Positions 1 through 12,442 of a DNA stretch of 64,000 nucleotides are shown here, one piece after another. This DNA comes from Microbotryum violaceum (lineage: Eukaryota). The notes under the pieces are model-generated. The model ran no database searches. It worked only from the letters and a program-made list of their open reading frames with translations, and was not told the origin of the DNA. The translations under genes and the position numbers were made by a program. The stretch covers positions 806,001-870,000 of the forward strand of contig CDLV01000016.1 of NCBI GenBank assembly GCA_001244265.2, read 5' to 3'. Positions within the stretch are counted from its first letter, which is position 1, and the number at the start of each line of letters is the position of its first letter.

Positions 1-1349
1 GACAACACGCCGGCAACTGCGTTCTTTGTCCCTCCCACCCCCCTGTGAGCGGGTAAATGGAACGCTCAACGCTCACGGGTAATTGCGAACACGGATGCGA
101 GCTTCCCAGCTTCGACGGTGGCCTCGTTATTCAATTCGGCTGTGGGGAGCATGGGAAAAATCGGGCTCTGCAGCACATTTTCAGGTCGGTAACTATGGAA
201 TATTCAAAGTTTAGTATGTACGAGTGCACGATAGAGTGCCCCTAGAGGTGAGGTAAACCCGTTCTCGCGTTGGCAGACAGTCGTCGTGGGAGACCACCAA
301 ACCCTGAGTCGTCCTTTAAGCGTTTTCACATTTACCCCCCTAGATAATATCAACCATGGCCGAGTTTGGTGTGGGAGCTCCACAGTCCGAGTGAGTGGGT
401 CAGAGCCAGAGTCACAAGCTGCATATTTACGTTTACCCAGACGGATCAGCGACCTCTCCGTTCTCCCTCTTCTCTTCATTTCTCCATTCCTCCAAACTTC
501 ACAAACATCACCCCCACCGTTTCTCCCTTGCCCGCATCTGCTGCATCCTACTACCACCCTTCGAGCTTCCCCGAAATCCCTCGTATCCCGCTTGCGCTCC
601 TGGACATCGCCCTTCGGCGGGCACTCCCTTTCGATCCCATATCATCCTCGTCCTGTCAGGGTGAGCCACCTCACTGCGTATTGGCCTTGGCGGGCGCGGT
701 AATTAGTACCCTTACGCACGGTCGTAGCCTCATGTTGATACGTGGCTTGACGATCATCTGTATCATCGAATTCGTCGCCACTGACGTCGCAACGACGGCG
801 ACCTTCGTCTCGACCCCAAGCAGTGATCCGAACTATGGTATAGCAAAGCGGTCGATCAAAGATGTTATAAAATGATACGGGGAAACGATGGGAACGAGAC
901 CGAAGACGAGAGAGACGAGAGATGAGAGATGTACCGCGACATCTTCATGTCGACCGTGCTCTCCAATGAGATCCAACTTGGCGAAAAGGGAGGTACAGTT
1001 GTCTGAGTATCCGAGGCTCTCTCACTTGGGATGTACTTACTGTACATTAAGCCGCATCAAAGCCACCTACAAGTGACCCAGTTCGTTTGTTGCGAAAACA
1101 TCATTGCATCGTGGACATGAAATTATACTTTTCAAGTCAAGAGGTCTTCTTGAGAACTCTGGCGATTGCCCGGTTGCCAGCCTGACTCCTGTGGGTCTTG
1201 AACAAGAATGTGCGTAACACAAGAGGTATGACCATTGCAATTGATTTGAAGCGAGCAAAGGAAGAATCCACAATACGAACGCTCGAGTTGCACACTGATA
1301 ATGATAGTCCGGTTGTGCGCTCGGTGCGAAACTTCCAAGTACACCTCAG

Positions 1350-2445
1350 TAAGATCTCGGACCAAAAGACAGCCTCCATTGACCAACACGGTCTCTCCCG
1401 TGATGAACAAGTTAACGAGTAGCATCAACGCCGTACTTTCAACATCCTTGGCGCCTGAGCCTCCGAGTGGGGTGGTGAAGCCGAAGTCTTCATTTGCGGT
1501 GCTTGCTACATGATGTTTTGAATTAGGGAAAGGGCTGGTCAAGCATCAGTTCCGAAGCCTTGAATTACCCTAATAGGGGCTATTTCTTTTCGCCAACATA
1601 CCCTCAATCGTACTCCTCCCCCAGTCATCGACCATTCCCGGCCTCGTCATGCCCGAAGCGAATAAACTCGGAGCGATCGCATTGAGCTTCACACCCAATG
1701 GGACAAATTCATGCGCCAAGAGGGCGGCCATGACTCCCATGGAGGCTTTGGAGAGTATGTAAGGGTTCTTATGGCCTGCTGTGGCGGGGTCCTGCAGGAT
1801 CGGCCGAAAAGAGCGCGCGGATCAATCTTCTTGAAAAGGGGCTACGGGATAGACCGAGTGCGCAGAGGCTGTGAGAATGCCGCTTCCGTCGCCTCGTCCT
1901 GGCCAGAGGGAGGGCCAAAGATAACTCGCCCGACCATCAGCACAGCGCTCAAGGGCACCCCAACCCACTCTCCCCAACCATCCCTTTCAACATACCTTAC
2001 TCCCGTAAACCCCTTTCAAACCCTTCAAAGACCCCGCACCTTTGCCCCTACTCTTAGCCTGGCTGCTCCCTCATCAGCTCATTCAATTCCACTTCCCCGC
2101 CGTCTTGACCACCTGCTCCGAGTCTTCTTCCAATCCAACAATGTAGACCGTCGCTCCGTTGATGGCCAAGGTCGCGGCAATGTGCAGGCCTATGCCAGTG
2201 CTTCCGCCTAAGAAACGCCTGTTGGTGGGTTACGATGTTGCCCAGCGAAGGAAGGGTATGAGCGTTCATATGTCGGCAAACGAGCGATGATGCCAGTGAT
2301 ATCTCAAAGTGAGGCGGCGCGTCACACCGGCGAATCTGGGCGCCCGAGTCCACTAGTACTGTTGCTTACCTGTGACGACGGCGACGACCTCTTTTAGATC
2401 GAACAGGGAAGAAGCGTGCAAGAGTGTGGTGTTGGGTTTGCTCAT
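1350..2445 (-). pseudogene. Degenerate short-chain dehydrogenase/reductase (SDR) gene
   Basis: Exon 2445-2370 gives MSKPNTTLLHASSLFDLKEVVAVVTG, followed by a GT-AG intron (2369-2209), then GSTGIGLHIAATLAINGATVYIVG (TGxxxGIG Rossmann motif) ending in an in-frame TGA at 2085-2083. Later pieces give the YILSK catalytic motif plus LAHEFVPLGVKLNAIAPSLFASGMT (about 1770-1640) and FITGETVLVNGG (about 1410-1370). The middle of the protein appears deleted or frameshifted. Confidence 0.8.
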
Positions 2446-2834
2446 TTCTTAGGACGCGAGGAAGTGCGAGTACGCGGTCACTGGTCGGGATGGGCAAGAG
2501 CGCCGCGGCGGACGGACGAATGAGATCCGGAAGCGATTCATCCTGGCAGACTCTCACACTCGATCTCGAAGAGACACTTCGAACCTAAACATATCCGAAT
2601 AGTCTTGCAATCCCACCTTTGGGCCTGTCTGAGTAAAATGCAAAACGAAACACAGAAGAGAGCTCTATCTAGCGAAGGAAGGTAGTCTCCTGATCTCAAC
2701 TCGAGATCAGAATCTTCCTCCCTTCTTCGGTTTCAAATCAGCAAACGCTCATCACACCAGCTCGGAATTGTCCCTCTCTTCCTCCCCCTCCTTTGCAAAG
2801 CTCCTTTCTTAAACACATGCCCTCCCTCCTTCAT

Positions 2835-3142
2835 TCAAACAACCGGATCCTCCCTTCCTCCCGCACTCTCCGGCCCACCCCCCAAATGCGTCTCCTTCGC
2901 GGTGACGGTAAACACCTTGGGCATCAAAGTCCGATCATGCAAGTGAGGGAACGAATCCAAACTCGAGTCCGTCGAGAGAAGAGAGTAATTGTCGGGCTCG
3001 CCGGGCTGAGGAGGGGCAGCGCGGGGGGTTAGGGGCACTTTTTTTGGGGGGGGGGGGGGGGGGGGCTTTGGGAATGGGATGCGTTCTAGCTTTTACGTAC
3101 GATTTGGATCGGTGCGGGTGCGACGTACTCGATCGAAGCCAT
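2835..3142 (-). CDS. Small orphan protein (~70 aa, 2 exons)
   Basis: gacATGg at 3142. Exon 3142-3101 (MASIEYVAPAPIQI), intron 3100-3006 (GTACGT...CTAAC...CAG), exon 3005-2835 in frame (PGEPDNYSLL...GREDPVV*). No family recognised. Confidence 0.5.
3038..3065 (+). repeat. T-run followed by a G20 homopolymer (intronic)
   Basis: 20 consecutive G at 3046-3065. Confidence 0.9.
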
Positions 3143-3409
3143 GTCGGGGAGGAAGACTAAGGGTCACATTTTGAATCGAAATCGAGGAGACGGTCGGCGT
3201 CGGTCGTCGCCAAGGAAACAAGATAAGGAGGAAAAAGCAGATCAGATCCATCAGCTTTTGCTCTACACCACCTCTATGTTCATCATACCTTCAATCAAAC
3301 CAACTCACCTTGTCCAAGTTCACCCTATCCTCCACCATAACCCACCCCAAATCGAAAGCCCATTACCCCCAAAATCAGCAATCGTACTCAACAACACACT
3401 CCTCACTCC

Positions 3410-3643
3410 TCATCCCTCGTCCCCAACCTCTCCAACTCCACTCGGACTGACCTTCATCTCATCCCTAGGCGGTGCGGCGAACGGGACCCCATCATGTGGT
3501 GCAACCTTCTTCCCCGGTTCAACTTTGGTCTCTTTCGTGACGGCGACGGAGGAGCTGAAGTCTCGTGTACCCGTCGGCTTGGCGAAAGTGGCAGGACGGA
3601 GGAGGACAGCGCGGGAGCATCGCTGCAGGAGGGAGGTAGACAT
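3410..3643 (-). CDS. Small protein (77 aa) with a mitochondrial presequence-like N-terminus
   Basis: atcATGt start after a C/A-rich leader. MSTSLLQRCSRAVLLRPATFAKPTGTRDFSSS is rich in Arg/Ser/Ala and ends in an R-x-F-S cleavage-like motif. Confidence 0.55.
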   Translation of the reverse strand: MSTSLLQRCSRAVLLRPATFAKPTGTRDFSSSVAVTKETKVEPGKKVAPHDGVPFAAPPRDEMKVSPSGVGEVGDEG

Positions 3644-3945
3644 GATGGGGGGCAGCGTTTAAGTTATTGGTGTGTAAGTGTGTGTGGTGAAAAGTAGGAG
3701 CAAGAGGGAAACGCGCCTGACTCGATGACGGCATGCGGGGGCCCCCGTGCGTACGCTGCGAGCCGCGATCGATAAAGCCACTGGGTCACGTGATGGCCAT
3801 TCGCCTGCATATCCACTGCAACATGCAAAACGAATGGAATCTACAAAAGGTCACGCACATCCTTCTTTTCAATCCTGGACAACAAGGAACAACACAAAAG
3901 TTGCAGGCACTCCGGATCCGATAATGTACAACAGTCCCATCCCAA

Positions 3946-6278
3946 CTACTCCCCGCCCATCCCCATCTCCGTCCCCATTCCCTCCTCTTCACCACTTCTT
4001 TCTCTCCTCGTCACGAACCCCTGCACTCTCTCGGCTCTCCCCTCCCCTCTCATCCATTCCAAATCCCACAAGTCCTCCACCGCCGCGCGTTTACTAGGAT
4101 CGCGCACCAACAGCCTCGCGACGACGTGCTTGACTTGCGGAGTGATCAATCCATTTCGATCCTCGATTCGGGGCCAGCTATACTCCCCCTTGGCGATCTT
4201 GAGCAAATACGTTCTCCGCGCTCTCCGAGCCTCGTCCGACCCGGCTCCTCCACTTCCAGTCGCACCGACCGTCCCCCCCACCGCACGTTCTTCCAAGAAC
4301 GGCAACACCCCCGTCACCAACGCGTAAAGTACGACGCCTAAAGCCCACGCGTCCGTCCTCCTCCCGTCATAAGGTTTACCCATGATCAACTCGGGACTCG
4401 CGTACGCTTCGGAGCCACATCGAGTGGTCAGTGTCGGTGCTCGAACGTCGATGAAGCGCGAGAGACCGAAATCGGTCAATTTGACGAACGGCCGAGGGAG
4501 CGATTCCAGAATCGCTTGGGGGGACGTTCCCGTTTGGAGTGAAGGGAACGGTCTAGAGACGAGCAGGACGTTCTCGAGCTTGATATCGCGATGCACGAGG
4601 CCGATCCGGTGCATCCACCCGACCGCGGCGCACAATTCGCCAAAGATGCGCCTCGCAAGCCCTTCAAAGAGTGATTCGTGCCATAGGGCGAGAAAGTCGA
4701 ACAATTCGCCGCCTGCGCAATAGTCCAGAACGAGCACGGTGTACAGAGGTGTCGCGAACGACGTCGACAACGAGACCAACGAAGGGTGGTGGATCGTCTG
4801 CGGGATCGTGGTAACTGGGGTCAGTGTTTGCCCTTTCTCGTCGAAACAGGCAATGCTCGGCTCAAAGATCTCACCTTGAGCACTTCGACCTCCCTCACAA
4901 CGCTAATTCTCATTCTCTGATGATCTTCATAACTCTTCTTCGAGATGATTTTGAGCGCATAAGGCTCGGCCATCGGTCCCTCGCCTCTCCTTCGTCCCAA
5001 GACGACCCTCGAAAACGCGCCTTTGCCCAATATGCTCTCGACGACGTAATCGCCCAACATGTCCCCTCCTTTGAAAGGTACCGATTCATCGTTTTGCGAA
5101 TCGAGCGTTGACGACGAACTGGGCACTTGGCGCATCGTCGTCGATGTTGAGCCGTGAGTTGTCGATGATGCACTCGCTGCGGCCAATGGAAGTGTCGTCC
5201 TCGCTGTTGTAGCTTCGTGGCTTCTCGTCGGTGCTCGGGAGGCAGGAGCATCACTATTACCGTTCGTTCGACGGACCCCGTCCGCATCTCCTCGTTCCAG
5301 TATCGGTACCGACGACGTCGAAGTCCAAGACGTCGAGCCAAACAGCAATTTCGTCGACCCACTCGTCCCCGCACCCGCACCCGCACTTGTCGTACCAAAC
5401 ATTCCCTCAACCGTTTTCTCCCCACTCGGTACGGCCAAAGACCCCTTTTCCATCTCGGACAACCTCGCCCTCGCGGCCCACCTCCCCGAAGGCGTCGCTT
5501 TCAAACTCGTCATCATCGCCGCCGCGTCCTCGCGATCAAGCCAACTGCCTACGCTCGAAGTTGAACTGGCGCGATCTCGACCTGTGAGCGCACTTGCGAC
5601 GGTGAGGGAGGAGAGGAGATTCGCTGGATCGACGTGCGTATTGACGACGTTGTTCGTTTCTCGTCTAAGGGAACTGGTTCGGGAAGGTGGATTAGGTGGT
5701 GGGCTCAAGACTGGCGAAGCGGCGTCGGTGTGGGTACCAAAAAAATCAAGCGTTTTGCTCCTCGTCGTCGCAGCAGCCAAAGACGAATCGCTCCCACTTG
5801 TCGGACTCGTCGGTGGTTCAGGACCGGTCGACGACGCATAAAGTTGAGGTGGTGTAGGATGAAAATGCTGATTCGGGGGTTGAAACTGACTGAACGTATC
5901 ACTCGGCGAGTCGATTGAAGTGCGCCCGATCGGACTTTGATACGTATCGAACAAGGTCGACGCTCCCCTCATTTCCTCGAAAACGCTATCGGCCCTCGCT
6001 CTCGAATGCCGTAAGCTGCCTACACTCGGTCTCCCATGCCAAGCGTCGCTGGCGCCCGGGCCAGTGGAATTGGTCCATTCCCTCGGTCCTTGAGGGGAAG
6101 GGAGGGGAGTCATGTTTCGTTCGCCATAGTTGGAGAGCGCGGGACTGACGTCCGAGGCGGCTGAACCCCAGGAGGGGATTCGTCGCGCGGGTGAGGAAGG
6201 GGATGCATCGCTGCGACAGTGCGGCGAGACCGAGAGGCGAAGAGGTGGTTTGGTCGTTGTGGTCGCCGTGGTCGCCAT
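3946..6278 (-). CDS. Ser/Thr protein kinase, CAMK-like (yeast Prr1-type), long Ser-rich N-terminus
   Basis: Motifs GKGAFSRV, YALK, HRDIKLEN, DFG, RCGSEAYASPEL and DAWALG. Intron 4874-4798. First ATG at 6278. Two probable 5'-UTR introns (about 6795-6602 and 6531-6434). Confidence 0.9.
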
Positions 6279-7335
6279 GACTGAACTGTTGCCCGAGTGA
6301 TGGCTCGAGTCGGTCGTGAGGGATGGGATCGGACGTGGCGACTCGTCCCCCACTTGATCCTCCACCACGCCAGCCACGGCTAGTTGCTTTACACGGGGCG
6401 AGTTGGCGAACGATGACCCAATCCTGAACCCACTAGAAAGCGCGACGTGGAATGTCAGCCCCGAATACGGGATGCTCTTCCTGATGGGAAACCCCTCAAG
6501 AAGAGGAGGCGAGGGCAAGGTCGCAGCTCACCCCGAGGGAACGCCGACAGTGAACGAGGGCGTGTTGAATAAGACGTCCACGTACCACGTAGGGGGAAGA
6601 GGCCTGTGCTCGGAGAATACGAAACTGATTAGCGTCGGTGACGCACACGTGGACGTCGTCGCACGGACAGTAGTGAAGCTAGTGAAGCCCCCGGTCGTCA
6701 ACGGCTGCACGGCCTCTGGCAGGCACCGTTCGCGGGGTTCGAAACCGGCCGGGATCACACACACACTGAGTGATACACAGCAGGATGTAACTCACCAAGG
6801 GACCGAGTATGGTCTTGCAACTAGAGAGATCGCAATCCTGCCTGTTCTTCTAGGCACCCGCTATACACGTATGCTCGTCCGGTCGTCGGAGGTCCACTTT
6901 GACGGTCGGCCGCTCGGTCGGCTGGGTCGGATCGTGCGTCCCGTGACTTGGTACTTGGCGACGACAAATCAAAACGAACTCGGGCGCGGCGGCCAGCCCA
7001 GAATCACCGTTCGTCTCACTGAGAACAGGGGTCCGTATACAGGCAGATAGAAGCCTCGATTCCTGTCCTACTCCTAGGTCGTGTCGATTTGCACTTTGAC
7101 TTTGATGATGAACCGTGTGGGATGCAGAGAGCGAGAACCGGAACCTGGCCGACTGACTGGCCCCGCCGAGTCAAGCAAGACGACGCGGCGGGCAGTCGGC
7201 GGGCGCGCGCCGCTCTTTGCTATTAGTCTTTGCCCGCACCACTTGCCAAGTCGCGGCACCAAATTGGTTTGATCGCCCCCGCGTACGACACGTGCCGAGG
7301 CATTTTCATTGCCGCGCCGGAGCGAGGCTGGTGTA

Positions 7336-7467
7336 GTTTTTGCTTCATTCGTGTTTTTGCTTCATTCGTGTTTTTGCTTCATTCGTGTTTTTGCTTCATT
7401 CGTGTTTTTGCTTCATTCGTGTTTTTGCTTCATTCGTGTTTTTGCTTCATTCGTGTTTTTGCTTCAT

Positions 7468-7501
<34 letters not shown>
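7336..7501 (+). repeat. 17-bp minisatellite (GTTTTTGCTTCATTCGT x ~7.8) abutting a ~32-nt poly(T)
   Basis: Perfect units from 7336 to 7467, then a T-run at 7470-7501. Confidence 0.95.
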
Positions 7502-7596
7502 CCCTCTTGGAAGGAGAAACACTCGTAAAGGCTACCAACTGAACAATACCCGTATTGGAAATTTCACCCCAGGCTTACTCGAGGGCCCGCACCGGC

Positions 7597-9775
7597 TCAC
7601 ATCTTCTCCAACGGTTCGAGGGTCAAGAGCCTCATCGCACTCGCCAACACGTCCTTGGCGGTCACGTACAACCACAACCTCGCCATCGCGACGTCCCTCT
7701 CCTGTCCTTTGACGAGCAAGGTCTCCCAAGCGGACGAGATCGCATGACACAACCTGAACGCAAAGGTGACGATGGTCGCCGGTTCGTGGTTGATCAGTGC
7801 CGCTTTGACCACGTGCGGGTAGGTCGAGATGAGCACAACGATTTCCCGCGCTTTGGGTTCGGTCAGTAGGGAGGTGTTGATCGCTGTGGGACGTTCGGAG
7901 GGAGGGGGAAGCACGAGCTCGGGCGCGTTCTTGCGCTCGACCGAGCACAGACGAACGTGGGCGTATTGCAGGTAGGGGCCTGGCGCGAAAGGGAGCCATC
8001 AGGTCCCAACTCGGGTTCATACGTACACCTTTGAACTGTACTCTGAACTAACCGGTATCGCCCTCGAACGAGGTCATACGACCCCATTCGAACTTGTAAT
8101 TGTTGACTCTTTTGGCCGCCATATCCTGCACCTTGACCGCCGTAATGCCCAACTTGTCACTCGTGCCCAACGGATCATCGACGGCGTTGTACTTGGCCTC
8201 GTTCTTCTTCATCTGTTCGTGCATCACGTCCCTCGACTCGTTGAGAATCTGATCCAAGAACACGGCCGTCCCCTTTCGGGTCGACATCCCCAGGACCATA
8301 CCAAAGTTGACGTGTTGCAAACGGTTCGCCCAAGGATACTTCATCAATTCGAGTACCTTGAACAGCTGCGCGTTGTGCAGATCCTGTTGACTGGCGACGA
8401 CGTAGATGGATTTGTCCATGCGGTACCTCTCCCAGCGTTCGGCCGCTCCACCGATATCGCGCGTGATGTAGACCGAGGTGCCGTCCTTTTTCCTCACGAC
8501 CGTCTTGCCCATCTTGTACGGTTCCAAATCGACCACGAGCGCACCTTGCGACTCCTCCACCACTCCCAATTGTTGTAACACGTCCAGCGCATTTGTCTGA
8601 CACTGCGCACTGACTTGGGATTCACCCGAGTAAATGTCAAAGTAGATGTTGAGCCTCGCGTAGGTCTCTTTGTACTTGACGATACTCAGATCCCTGAACT
8701 TGCGCCACAACGCCAAAGCCTTTTCGTCGCCGGACTCCATCCCGACAAAGAACTCGCGCGCGCGCTCGTGGACAAGTTTGGCTTGCTCGGTCTCGTTGCC
8801 TTGTTCGTCCTTGGCGGAACCGTCGGCGTTGATCTTGACATAGACGTCGTACAAGTGCGTGATGGCATCTTTTTGCAACTCTTCTTCGCTACCGTACTTT
8901 TCGAAACCGACGGCGAGGATGCCTGACAAGGGAAGCGTCCAACGTTCAGATGTTTTACCCTCTAGGAAAGAAGCGAACGAGGTCGCTCGGACCAAACTGA
9001 CCGAATTGTTTGCCCCAATCACCCAAATAATTCAACCTGACCGCATCCCAGCCGTTCGCCTCGTAGAGGTTGGCCAAGAAAGCGCCGATGATGGTGGACC
9101 TCAAATGACCGGCGTGGAAAGGTTTGGCGATATTCGGACTGGAGAAATCCAACACGACCCTCTTGCCGTAGCCGGACAAGTTGCTACCGTAACCACCGGC
9201 CTTGAACCTGGTCACACCTCGAGGCGGTTCTTCCCGCGTGAAATCGAGCGCGTGCAAAGACGCCGGTGGTTCGTGCGCTCCGATCGGTTCGAGGTAGGTC
9301 AGACGGTTGATTTGTTCCAACACGAGACGGACAAAGTTGGCGGTGTGGGCGTGGTAGGTGACGAATGCGCCTTGAACCGAGACGCTTTCTAGGTAGTCGT
9401 TGGGGACAAACTGCACATACCACGATCTGAATTAGACCTCCCGTTCTTTCTGATCACACACACACACCTCCGGACTGAGACTCGACTCACCTTCTCCTTC
9501 AACGCCTCCGCAATCGTCTGCGGCTTGCCGGGCAACCTGAACCTGGGCAAAGCGACGGTCAGATCTCCCAAGGAGCCCTTGCCGGTCCTACCCGTCTCGA
9601 CGCCCTCATAAGCCTTCTCGAGAGGGACGGCCAGTTCTTTGGAGAGGTGATCGGCGACGGCGAGTTTGAAGGCGTCGAGCACGCACGCTTCGGGGGAGGC
9701 GTGCGAAGGCAGTGAAGGGAGAGCGGGCGAGAGGGACGCGAAACTGAGCGGCTGGGTGGTGGGAGCGGTCGACAT
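7597..9775 (-). CDS. RARS: Arginyl-tRNA synthetase (multi-exon), with a likely N-terminally extended mitochondrial isoform from GTG 9982
   Basis: [21 protein letters not shown] (HIGH motif), [18 protein letters not shown] (KMSK-like), [16 protein letters not shown]-terminal PLEKM*. Confidence 0.97.
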
Positions 9776-10259
9776 GGTGCGGTGGTCGAGTCGAAGTAGC
9801 TCGGGTGGATGCGGGGTTGAAGTTCGACGGAGGAGCGAGGGCGTGTTGAAAGCGGTGGTGGTGGTGGTGCCGAGGGGGCGAACGAGCGCAGGGGAGCAGC
9901 ACCTCAAAGCACGCCGGAACGCGGTGGTGATCAAGGCTGTAGCAGCAGGCGCGAAACAACGAACACCGCGTAGAGCGGCCACGGTAGCGGCAGTAGACGA
10001 TAGATCTTGAGAGTGAAGGCTCGGATGGTCCCTCGGAGGTTTGAAAAGGTAGGAGGAGCACCAGCAACTTAAGGGAAGCGCAGGACGGCAGACGACGGCG
10101 CCAAACGATCGGGCCCGACCGCTCATTCCGAGTCAAAGCCCTCCGACACCATGTGCCATCCAAGTCAACATCAAAACTTTTTCGCCACACTCTATCCCAC
10201 GTACACTCTCATTGAAACAACAAGCTTTTTTCTGCACAACAGACACACACCTTCATCCA

Positions 10260-12019
10260 TCACCTTGCGTTCCCGACCCCATTCCCCTCCTCCCCGTGAT
10301 CGTCAACCTTACCCTCGGCGTCCTCCTCTTCCCTCCTCTTACTGTCCCCCTCCTCCAACAACCAAGGCGCCAACCCGGGCGGGACCTCACACATCCCCAC
10401 GCTCGGTGCGCCATGCAAATACCTCAACCTCTCCAACGCGTCGATCCGGATCCTCTCCAACAGCGCTTTCGAGTTCAAATTCTCCACTCGATTCCTGCCC
10501 TGCACCAAATCGGGATGCAGTTTCCAATCCGGGTTGAAGAAATCGTCGTACGCTGTATGGGGCAAAGAATTCGGGAGATCGGTTTGCAGGTCCAACAAGA
10601 CCGCGGTCTCGTAGGTCCAACACCTCGATACGTTCTTGATCGTGTACCCTCCTCCGCCCAAGACGATCAGTGGAATCTGAAACGACTTGATGAACCTCAC
10701 GCATTCACCATGCGCCGCAATCGACAGATTGAAGCAACCGAGCCGATCACACCCCAACGAATCGGCCCCACATTGCAGTACGATCGAACTCGGTTGAAAG
10801 GTCGCGATCGTGGGTTCCATGATCGCCTTGAACAACGAGACGTACGACTCGTTGTCGATCCCATCTTGTAAGGGGATGTTGAGCGTAAAGTATTTGCCCA
10901 AGGAATGTCCAATCTCGGTCATGTCCCCTGTACCGGGGAAGAAATCGGACGAGTACTTGTGGAACGAGACGGTAAAGACCCGGTTCGAGTTGTAAAACGC
11001 CTCTTGTACGCCGTCACCATGGTGGATATCGATATCGATGTAGAGTACACGCGCGTGGACCCTGATGCAGAGACCGAGATCGAACCATCAAACTTTCGCT
11101 TGCTCGGCTTCGCTCTCGTTTTCTCCCAAAAGAAAAAAAGAAAACTGACCTAAGCAACTCCAAGATCGCCAAGACGATATCATTGACGTAACAAAACCCA
11201 CTCGCCTCTGCCTTTTTCGCATGATGCAAACCCCCGCTCCAATTGATGGCGATATCGGTCGTGCCTTGGACGATCTTCCTCGCGGCCATGAGGGACGCGC
11301 CGGCGTATTGGCGACAATAGTCGTACATGTCGCCAAAGATGGGGCAGTCGTCACCGACGTTGAAGCGAGAGAGGACCGAGGTGAATTCGTTGACGTTATC
11401 GGGTGTGACTCTGCATGCGGTGCCCCAGTAAGACCCCATCATCAAACCAAGGCGCGTTGACTCGTTCGTGGACGGACCTTACCTCGATAAGAAATCGACG
11501 TAATCCTCGTCATGAAAGGTCTGCAGCTCCTCCGCGGTGGCCGGTCTCGGGTCGTACATGTCCATCTTGCGATGGAGCCCATAGCCCATCACGAGGTGGT
11601 TCGTCAGAGTCAAACGATGAGGTTTCATAGGGTGACATTCCTGTGGTGAGTGATGAGAAGAGGGTCAGTCGGGTCGAAGGAGAGCCAGCAGAGGGAGCGC
11701 TTTCGGTAGTGGACCGACCCCGAAATGATACTCGCCCACGCCTTTGGGAAAGTAGTAAGAAACCCTAGGCTTCGAATGGGACTGTGCATCGAACCCTGCC
11801 CAACTTCAGTTTCGCCAACTCTTGCTTGCGCGTACACTCTCCCGTCCAACTGACCCCAATCGCCGCTTGCCCAGGTCTCCAATCCTGACCCTCCACCTGG
11901 GAAGCCAAAGTCGCCGCTGCCGAGGAGGCTCCATGTGCATCGACGATCGGTTGGTTGGGTGCATGTCGGTCGTAGAAGAAGGCCGAGGAGCTGAACGTCG
12001 GTTCGAGCAAGGAGCCCAT
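10260..12019 (-). CDS. HOS2: Class I histone deacetylase, Hos2/Phd1-like
   Basis: [62 protein letters not shown]. Several introns. The start codon and first exon are uncertain. Confidence 0.9.
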
Positions 12020-12442
12020 TCATTGGCTTGACGGGGGGGAACACGTCTCCGAGAGGGATGGTGGTCGCTTTCCGTGCGGTTCCGGTTGCGGCTTGTTCCT
12101 TGTTCGTGGTCGGATGGGGTTGATGGTGTGAGGATGCGTGGGGACGGCGGCGGGGTATATAGAGAGGCTCAACAAGCGGAGCGACCAGAAAGAGTCGATC
12201 GCGCGCGCACAAGTCACGAGGTCCACACCGGTACCAGCGCAACAGTAGCGCAACAGTAGCGCAACGGGAACGTCTGCAAAGTGAGCTCAGCCTCGCTCAC
12301 TACACAAAGACAAAGAAGCGCGGAGAGCAGGAGGTTTTTACTTTCGAGTGCATAGATTACGCTACAGCTAGAGAGGACAAATCTCTTTTCCCATTCTTCG
12401 ACACTCCACCTCCCCTTCCCCTTCCCCGTCCTCGTCCGCCAC

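Noticed and set aside
57-1100. Short ORFs at the window start
   Set aside because: No family motif or consistent exon chain found. Possibly a decayed gene, but unsupported.
4821-6518. 565-aa ORF taken as the true kinase N-terminus
   Set aside because: It starts at a TTG inside a probable intron (GTGAGC about 6531 to CTAG about 6434). The first ATG is 6278.
6685-6760. tRNA-like GGTTCGAAACC motif
   Set aside because: The T-stem and acceptor stem do not pair, and no D-arm or anticodon arm can be built.
7336-7467. CRISPR-like array
   Set aside because: The units abut with no spacers, the context is eukaryotic and there are no cas genes.
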